Virus record (IMG/VR): IMGVR_UViG_3300028283_000004
Source: an uncultured virus (IMG/VR IMGVR_UViG_3300028283_000004)
Lineage: Duplodnaviria > Heunggongvirae > Uroviricota > Caudoviricetes
Direction: 5' to 3' (one strand)
DNA length: 64,000 nt
The translations under genes and the position numbers were made by a program. The notes below the pieces were generated by a model. That model had not been told where the DNA came from and did not search any database. It saw only the letters and a list, made by a program, of their open reading frames with translations. Of this stretch, positions 57,469 through 64,000 are shown piece after piece. Position 1 is the stretch's first letter. Each line of letters opens with the position of its first letter.

Positions 57469-58290
57469 TTAATTCACAATTTGTTTGTGAAGTCTTGACA
57501 TATCAATATTTCTATCCGTCAAAATATTTGCTTCAGTTGTTGCCGTATCAAACCAGAATTTTCTTTCATTTGCTGACATGGTTTTTAAGTAATTATCAAA
57601 AAGACTATTTTCTCTTGTTGCAAGGTGTTTATATCCAATTTTTGGTATTGAAAATACTTTACATGCGTTATTTAATGCCCTAAGTAAAAATTCATACATG
57701 AAGCTTAATTTAATGTTTGATTTATATCCCCCAAGATTTTCAAATTCGGATTTCTTAATAATTGCACCAGATATTTTGAAGTCAGTATATTGTTTCAATG
57801 CGTTTTGATTTAAATAACCCATTTCACCATTTTCGCCAACAAATTGTTGTGCCCATACAGTTTCATTGGTTAATTTAATACCCTCATTTTTTTCATTAAC
57901 CTCAATCATCATAGTTAAAAAGATATCAATATTAGGAAACGACTCAACATATTTTGAACCGTTTTTAAAATATGTTGTACTGTATTCATCATCGAATTCA
58001 AGTACCGAGAAATATTCGGTTGTTACAGATTTTACAGCAAGATTTACTTGAGATTGATAATCTGTTTTACCTTCATTTTTGAGATATGTAATCTTTAAAT
58101 TAAAATACGTGTGAGACTTGACCTGTTCTTCTATCTCAGGAGCATATACAATTACCAAATTAGGTAAATTAAGACTACCGTCTTCATTAATGATATTTTC
58201 TTGTTTAAGAATTGATTCAATTGCTTTATCCAAATAGGTCTTAACCTGTTCGTTATATTCGTGAATTGGGATTATTACTGTAATATTCAT
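57469..58290 (-). CDS. glycosyltransferase family 2 (GT-A)
   Basis: ITVIIPIHE, VNLAV, YFSVLEFDDE, ENLGGY motifs. Confidence 0.85.
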   Translation of the reverse strand: MNITVIIPIHEYNEQVKTYLDKAIESILKQENIINEDGSLNLPNLVIVYAPEIEEQVKSHTYFNLKITYLKNEGKTDYQSQVNLAVKSVTTEYFSVLEFDDEYSTTYFKNGSKYVESFPNIDIFLTMMIEVNEKNEGIKLTNETVWAQQFVGENGEMGYLNQNALKQYTDFKISGAIIKKSEFENLGGYKSNIKLSFMYEFLLRALNNACKVFSIPKIGYKHLATRENSLFDNYLKTMSANERKFWFDTATTEANILTDRNIDMSRLHKQIVN

Positions 58291-58322
58291 TTTTACGTTA
58301 TTTATGTCTTTAAATTTTATTT

Positions 58323-59465
58323 TTATACTTCTTTAGCTGGTTCAACTGCTTTTTGCATTAAAATTATCCTATCATTAAGAAATCCTTGATAAACTTCAGT
58401 TAATTGATTTTCGGCAGCTTCTTGAGTGTATTTTGCAACCACAACATCCATTGATTCATATAGTTTAGCATCAACATTATCATCTAAGAATTTAATTAAA
58501 ACCTCACCAACTAATATTGGCAAATCATAATAATTATCTGTCCAAACACCCGCACCCTCAACGACATTGCTAACAATTCCATTTTCGTCTCTCACAACCA
58601 TAAATTCTGGCATAATATCTGGTCTTAAACAAATTGGTACTACGCCTGATTTCATACACTCTAAAGGAAACGTACCAAAAGATGCAATTCTATCAATCCA
58701 AACTGCAGCAAAATTGCCTTGTAACCTTTTTGCAAAGTCAACTCTGCGCATTGCTTGTGGTGGTTTGCTTTTTGTGAGCATTGGGTCAAACGTTACCCAA
58801 CTATATTGTGGATATCTGCTAAAGAATAGTTTAACAAGTTTAGAAATTTCGTTTGCATTTCTACCAATAACCGAAACAACTGGTTTTTGTGGCATTTTTG
58901 ATTTTTCAAAATATTCTGGTATACCAATATTGTATGTTTTAATGTTAAATTTATTAATACCATAAAATGTTTCAACCCACTCTTTAAGTGTTTGTGAGGT
59001 TGTAATAATATCATTAATACCAAAAGATTTCCAATCAGTGCCCGGTATTAAACTATTCACCATATAATCAACAGATTGCAATAATCCAATTCTTATACAT
59101 GGCAAATTTTTGGTTTGTTCCATAACGTTTGAATACACTTCAGGAATGATCATCACGTCTTCAGGTCCGACCATCAGTTTAGGGTCTGACATTGACATGT
59201 GTTTAAAACCCGTTAATTCTTTCTCAATCCAAGCGGGAACAACATAGTCACCCTTTTCAACCAACATAATTACTTCATATCCCATATTTTTTACAACTGT
59301 TGCATGGAAATAAATTTCATACACACTTGCCACAGGACTTTGTGCTTCGGGTACAACAAATAAAAATTTTGATTTTTTTTCTGCCATTTTACCAAGTGAT
59401 TCTTTAATTTTCTCAATTTTTTCTAATTCAGCCTTTTGAACTTCATTATTTAATACTTCGCTCAT
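58323..59465 (-). CDS. glycosyltransferase, GT-B fold (GT4-like)
   Basis: IIPEVY and SFGTFPLECMKSGVVPI motifs. Confidence 0.75.
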   Translation of the reverse strand: MSEVLNNEVQKAELEKIEKIKESLGKMAEKKSKFLFVVPEAQSPVASVYEIYFHATVVKNMGYEVIMLVEKGDYVVPAWIEKELTGFKHMSMSDPKLMVGPEDVMIIPEVYSNVMEQTKNLPCIRIGLLQSVDYMVNSLIPGTDWKSFGINDIITTSQTLKEWVETFYGINKFNIKTYNIGIPEYFEKSKMPQKPVVSVIGRNANEISKLVKLFFSRYPQYSWVTFDPMLTKSKPPQAMRRVDFAKRLQGNFAAVWIDRIASFGTFPLECMKSGVVPICLRPDIMPEFMVVRDENGIVSNVVEGAGVWTDNYYDLPILVGEVLIKFLDDNVDAKLYESMDVVVAKYTQEAAENQLTEVYQGFLNDRIILMQKAVEPAKEV

Positions 59466-59469
59466 TTTT

Positions 59470-60207
59470 TTAATTTTTAAATTTAATTATTTTTTCAAAT
59501 TCTGGATTTTCGTATAATTCAGCAATTTGTAATATTTCTAAAGAACCAGATTTAATGTTTTCATTATATGGTCTTTTTACTTTAATTAATTTTTTTCCCC
59601 AAGGAGCACCTAATTGTAATATCTCAGGGTCTGTTGTAATTAATACATCAATATCTTCCCACATTTCAGTTGCTTTATCAACAAAACGAATATTTTTAAA
59701 TCTAGATGTCATCTTACTTAAAAAGAAAAGTGTTGATGGAATACTAAATCTATTTTCAACTGAAAATAATGTAAAATCTACACTATCACCATATTTCAAA
59801 ATAAAATTATTTACATGTAAATCCATTTGCTTATACATAATCGGTGCTGACGCATGAATTTCAAAAACAAAATCTTCATACATAAACCTATTATATACTT
59901 CTCTTGCAGTTAATTTAATCTCTTTAGGTGCTTTAAACAAAAAAGCATCTGCTGGTGCTTCACCAAGTTTTTCATCGTGTTGATAATCCAAAGGATTAAT
60001 GTCTTCGGGAAGATCACCCGGTTCTTTCAATTCTTTAATCACCTCAACAGTATCTTTCCAAGGATAATTTTTAAAAAAATCAAAAACATATGGCTGATCA
60101 GGAACACCCTCATCGGTGAATTCTTGACAGAAGAATCTGTCAAATTGTAACCATTTTGCCCTGAAAACCTCATTAATATCAATACCCACTCTTATTTTCT
60201 TACTCAT
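59470..60207 (-). CDS. HAD-like 5'(3')-nucleotidase-related protein, possibly degenerate
   Basis: VGIDINEVF, DVLIT, RPYN; second Asp of DxD replaced by Asn. Confidence 0.55.
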   Translation of the reverse strand: MSKKIRVGIDINEVFRAKWLQFDRFFCQEFTDEGVPDQPYVFDFFKNYPWKDTVEVIKELKEPGDLPEDINPLDYQHDEKLGEAPADAFLFKAPKEIKLTAREVYNRFMYEDFVFEIHASAPIMYKQMDLHVNNFILKYGDSVDFTLFSVENRFSIPSTLFFLSKMTSRFKNIRFVDKATEMWEDIDVLITTDPEILQLGAPWGKKLIKVKRPYNENIKSGSLEILQIAELYENPEFEKIIKFKN

Positions 60208-60478
60208 TTTTTAATTTTAATTGTTCCAATTGATATTGGAGTGATTCTTGTAATTTTTTCATTTTTTCTGTATGTTCAAAAATTAATTCACTATCTGTAA
60301 TATATTTTGGGTTTATACATTCTATTTTTATATTGGAGGCTTGTACTGGAATTGATATAATTTCACCCTCAAACGTGCTGGGAATAATTTTTTTTGTTAC
60401 GTTTGTAACAAAACTAGGTATGTCTTCACTACGCACTCCAGCAACCCCAACATATATTACAAATATTTTAGTTTCCAT
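60200..60478 (-). CDS. hypothetical protein
   Basis: Likely start METKIFVIYVGV. Confidence 0.6.
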   Translation of the reverse strand: METKIFVIYVGVAGVRSEDIPSFVTNVTKKIIPSTFEGEIISIPVQASNIKIECINPKYITDSELIFEHTEKMKKLQESLQYQLEQLKLKNE

Positions 60479-61277
60479 TTTTTGATTCATTTAACAGGTG
60501 CTTATTTACTTTTACATTTTTATTAAAATATTCAAGATATTTGGTTTCAATAATATCAATAAGTGGATTTCTAACATTTTTATCTGCATTACTCATTTCG
60601 ACAATACCAAAATTTTCGGTATCACTAAACATTTTAATTAAATGTTTTAATGAACTATCTGTCTTATTAGTAATATCAATTTGATTTGTATCACCCAACA
60701 TAATTAATTTACAGTTTTCACCAATACGTGTCATTAAGGTGTGTGAATTATCCATTGAAATGTTTTGAACTTCATCACATATAATTAAACAGTCATCAAG
60801 AGTAACACCTCTCATGTATGTAAGTGGCATTGGTTTAACAATCTCTTTTTCAATTAAAGATTTTAAAGCAATACTTCCAATAACTTTTTCCATATTAACG
60901 TAAAAACTCATTAAAAACGGAAGAAGTTTATCGTCTAATGTGCCTTTAAGATAACCCAAATCTTCTGATTTTAATGTGGTTACCGATTTTACTAAATATA
61001 TTTTCTTATATTTATTTTCCTTTTTTCTTATAAGGCTTAAGGCATATGCAACAGCAAGAAAAGTTTTACCTGTACCCGCTCTACCACCACATATTGTAAT
61101 TTCATTATTTTTAATAGAATTTATTAAATTTTTTTGACTGTCATTTTTTGCAGTTAATTTTATTTCAGCTTTTATTATTTTACTAATATCTTCTTTAACT
61201 CTTGAAGAATTAATTTCACTATCAGATGATACTAGTTCCTGAAAATCCTTTTCTTCCTTAACTCTATCCCTACCCAT
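60468..61277 (-). CDS. phoH: PhoH-family ATPase
   Basis: GRAGTGKT, LGYLKG, YMRGVTL, DEVQN, TRIGE, GDTNQID, VRNPLI. Confidence 0.93.
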   Translation of the reverse strand: MGRDRVKEEKDFQELVSSDSEINSSRVKEDISKIIKAEIKLTAKNDSQKNLINSIKNNEITICGGRAGTGKTFLAVAYALSLIRKKENKYKKIYLVKSVTTLKSEDLGYLKGTLDDKLLPFLMSFYVNMEKVIGSIALKSLIEKEIVKPMPLTYMRGVTLDDCLIICDEVQNISMDNSHTLMTRIGENCKLIMLGDTNQIDITNKTDSSLKHLIKMFSDTENFGIVEMSNADKNVRNPLIDIIETKYLEYFNKNVKVNKHLLNESKNGN

Positions 61278-61416
61278 ATTTAATGTATTACTTTAATTGA
61301 TTTTTATAAAATATTATTAATTATAACCATTAATACGTAATTTAATTAAAAATCTTGAATTATGTTACAAAATTTTTTTTATAGTATTTATTGAAAAACT
61401 ATAAAATTTTATAATT

Positions 61417-62346
61417 ATGGAAAATAATAAATTACCTCAAAGAGAAAGTGTTTCAGATGCATTAAAAAAATATAAAGAAGCGAATGATAAAGTATCTGAT
61501 GAATCACAATATGTAAATTCAGTTTCAAATGTCTCAAATGTTTCAATTCCAAAACCAACATCATTCAATCAACAGGATTTTGAAAAAACAATGTCTAAAG
61601 AAACTGATCCAGATTTAATGATTTCTTATGAAGTTGTTAAATTGCCATCAAAAGGTATGTTTTATTCACATGGTATTTCTGAAGTCAATGTCGAATATAT
61701 GACTTCAAAAGACGAAGATTTATTAACTACACCATCATTAATTGAAAATGGAACTGTTTTAGATAAACTTTTAAAAAGAAAAATTAAAACTCAAGGAATT
61801 AATATTGATGAATTATTAACGGGCGATAGAAATGCAATCATTTTATTTCTTCGTACTTCGAGTTATGGCTCAGATTATACCGTACAAGTAACTGACCCAA
61901 GATCAGGTATACCGTTTACAACTACAGTTAATTTATTAAAATTACATTATAAAGAACCTAAAGAATTTCCTGATGAATTTGGATATTTTTCTGTAGAACT
62001 TCCTATGCGTAAAAAAACTGTTAAATTTAAATTATTAAGTTCAGGTGATGAAAATTTAATCTTTAAAAAAGCAGAATCAATTAAAGAAGTGTATAATGAA
62101 GAATTTAGCCAGTATAACACAATGAAATTAAAATCACACATTGTTGCGATTAATGAAAAGGCTGATAGGTCATATATTGACAGATTTATTGATGCAATGC
62201 CTGCTTTAGATGCATATACCATTCGTAAAAAATTGATGGAAGTATCTCCAGATGTTGATATGAATTATGAATTTATGACCAATGATGGCTATAAATTTTA
62301 CACAAGTTTAAGTGTTGGTGTAGATTTTTTTTTCCCTCAAATTTAG
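61417..62346 (+). CDS. baseplate hub assembly protein/tail chaperone (gp26-like)
   Basis: LPSKGMFY, MTSKDEDLL, GDRNAIILFLR..SYG, ends DFFFP. Confidence 0.8.
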   Translation: MENNKLPQRESVSDALKKYKEANDKVSDESQYVNSVSNVSNVSIPKPTSFNQQDFEKTMSKETDPDLMISYEVVKLPSKGMFYSHGISEVNVEYMTSKDEDLLTTPSLIENGTVLDKLLKRKIKTQGINIDELLTGDRNAIILFLRTSSYGSDYTVQVTDPRSGIPFTTTVNLLKLHYKEPKEFPDEFGYFSVELPMRKKTVKFKLLSSGDENLIFKKAESIKEVYNEEFSQYNTMKLKSHIVAINEKADRSYIDRFIDAMPALDAYTIRKKLMEVSPDVDMNYEFMTNDGYKFYTSLSVGVDFFFPQI

Positions 62347-62537
62347 CGGGTGAGTATAAAAAGATGGTTGATGAAGAAATATTCATATTAACCAAACACG
62401 CTAAATTTCAGGCAGATTATATAGAAAAACTCCCAATATATCGTAGACGACATTTTTTATATTTACTTCAAAGAGAAAACGAAGAAGTTGAAAAAATGCA
62501 AGACAAAGCAAGAAGCAAGAATAGTAGACCAAGGTAA
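62325..62537 (+). CDS. gp51-like chaperone extension in the -1 frame (alternative own ATG at 62364)
   Basis: FPSNLAGEYKKMVDEEIFILTKHAKFQADYIEKLPIYRRRHFLYLL..., open from the T9 run. Confidence 0.7.
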   Translation, partial: FFFPSNLAGEYKKMVDEEIFILTKHAKFQADYIEKLPIYRRRHFLYLLQRENEEVEKMQDKARSKNSRPR

Positions 62538-62582
62538 TAAAAAATCTTGGTCTTTGTATTTATATATAAATGTTAAATTATT

Positions 62583-64000
62583 ATGGCTAAAAATCCCACT
62601 TCTGTAAATGCAGGTAATCTCAATAAAATTAATGAAGCTTTAGAAAAACAAGCTGAATTATATTCTAAAATTGGTGCAAAAGAAGAGGCTATTTTTTTAA
62701 GACAAAAAATGGCTGAAAATAATAGAACTGCTATTAATAAATTACTTAAAGAACAATATGAATTAACCAGTTTAATCGGTCCTCTCTCTCTTGATGAAAT
62801 ACAGCGTTTAAAAGATATTAAAAAATCATTGATTGATATTTCAAAAGAACACTCTAAATTAATAAGTAGTTTAAAAGTTGAAAATGAATTATTAAAAACT
62901 GGTATTACGTGGAGACAAGCGGGTGTTAATTTAGCTAAAGAAATGGGTAATCAATTAAAAATTGGTTGGACATATTTACAAGCACAGGATAAAATAATAA
63001 AATCAACAATTCTTAACTTAGGAATGTCTGGTACTAAAGCAGCGGCAATGAGATTATCTTTTGAACAATCCGCACAATTTGCTGCAACTTTGGGTGCTAA
63101 TTTGGAAGATATTCAAAAAATAATGGAAGGTTTTGCTGATGAAACTGGTAGAGCACGTGCATTATCAGCTCAAATGGTTGAAGATGTTGTGACTATGGGT
63201 AAAGGCACTGGATTAGGTATTGAAAATGCAACTAAACTTGGTGCTCAGTTTGAATATATGGGTGTTGATGTTAAAAATACAATGAATTTTGTACAAGGTG
63301 TTGTAGACACATCTGAAAGAATGGGTGTTAATACAACTAAAGTATTAAAAACAGTTAATGATAATTTTAAAAAATTAAGTACTTTTACTTTTCAGGGTGG
63401 TGTAAAGGCAATGGGTCAAATGGCAATGAATGCCGAAAAAACTAGAGTAAGTTTAGCTACCGCACTTAATGTTGCCGAAGCAACTAGAGGATTAGACCAA
63501 GTTATTGAATTAGGTGCTAATTTACAGGTAATGGGTGGTGAGTTTGCTAAAATGGACCCATTCCAATGGTTATATATGGCTCGTAATGAACCAGATAAAA
63601 TGACTGAAAAAATTTCTGAAATGACAAAGGGTATTTATACACTTAAAAAAAATTCAGATGGTACTTTTGAAAAATTTATAAGTCCTGAAGATAGAGATAG
63701 ACTTGCAAATGTTGCAAAATCATTAGGAATATCACAAGAAGAAATATCACAAATTGCACAAAGAAGACTTGATTTAAGTCTTTTAGATAAACAAACTGCT
63801 GGAATGGGTTTAACTAAACGTGAAAAAGAATTAATTCAAGGTGCATCCACAATGAATAGTGCCACAGGTAAATATCAAGTATATTTAGCTGGAACTATGA
63901 CAGATATTAGTACCTTAACTAAAGAACAAGCAAATTCATTTGCTAGTGAACAAGTTTTACTTAAAGAAAGAGCAAAAGAAGCCTTAACTTTTGATGAAGC
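62583..64000 (+). CDS. tape measure protein, N-terminal part (runs off window edge)
   Basis: MAKNPTSVNAG...; open to window end; helical Ala/Gly/Lys-rich; follows tail chaperones. Confidence 0.8.
   Translation, partial: MAKNPTSVNAGNLNKINEALEKQAELYSKIGAKEEAIFLRQKMAENNRTAINKLLKEQYELTSLIGPLSLDEIQRLKDIKKSLIDISKEHSKLISSLKVENELLKTGITWRQAGVNLAKEMGNQLKIGWTYLQAQDKIIKSTILNLGMSGTKAAAMRLSFEQSAQFAATLGANLEDIQKIMEGFADETGRARALSAQMVEDVVTMGKGTGLGIENATKLGAQFEYMGVDVKNTMNFVQGVVDTSERMGVNTTKVLKTVNDNFKKLSTFTFQGGVKAMGQMAMNAEKTRVSLATALNVAEATRGLDQVIELGANLQVMGGEFAKMDPFQWLYMARNEPDKMTEKISEMTKGIYTLKKNSDGTFEKFISPEDRDRLANVAKSLGISQEEISQIAQRRLDLSLLDKQTAGMGLTKREKELIQGASTMNSATGKYQVYLAGTMTDISTLTKEQANSFASEQVLLKERAKEALTFDE

Noticed and set aside
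1..64000. Alternative genetic code (stop-codon reassignment as in some large Bacteroidota phages)
   Set aside because: Core genes are full length in code 11; TAG ends terL and TGA ends other genes; no suppressor tRNA seen.

Overview
A very AT-rich 64 kb segment of a large T4-like (myovirus-type, probably jumbo) phage, read in the standard genetic code. The host is most likely a member of the Bacteroidota, because TTTG-N19/20-TAnnTTTG sigma-A promoters are present. The window holds the virion module: large terminase, portal, prohead protease, scaffold, major capsid, neck proteins, sheath, tube, baseplate proteins and the start of a tape measure gene. Accessory genes include thyA, a UvrD-like helicase, phoH, a polynucleotide kinase, two glycosyltransferases, a nucleotidyltransferase, a gp55-like sigma factor and three free-standing homing-type endonucleases. 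The most striking signal is in the first 5.3 kb. Two minus-strand tRNA operons are each preceded by a host-type promoter, an unannotated short leader ORF and mutually exclusive antiterminator/terminator hairpins. The leader codons match the tRNAs downstream: HQPQQHPH precedes Pro, Pro, His, His, Gln, and a Val-rich leader with DEED precedes Asp, Asp, Glu, Val. This looks like ribosome-mediated attenuation that switches phage tRNA genes on when the cognate charged tRNAs run short. Also notable are a shared N-terminal leader on at least seven unrelated proteins (a likely capsid-targeting signal), atypical tRNA structures, a protein carrying a copy of the capsid N-terminus, and a probable -1 frameshift upstream of the tape measure gene. 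All calls are from reading the sequence; no searches or folding programs were run.
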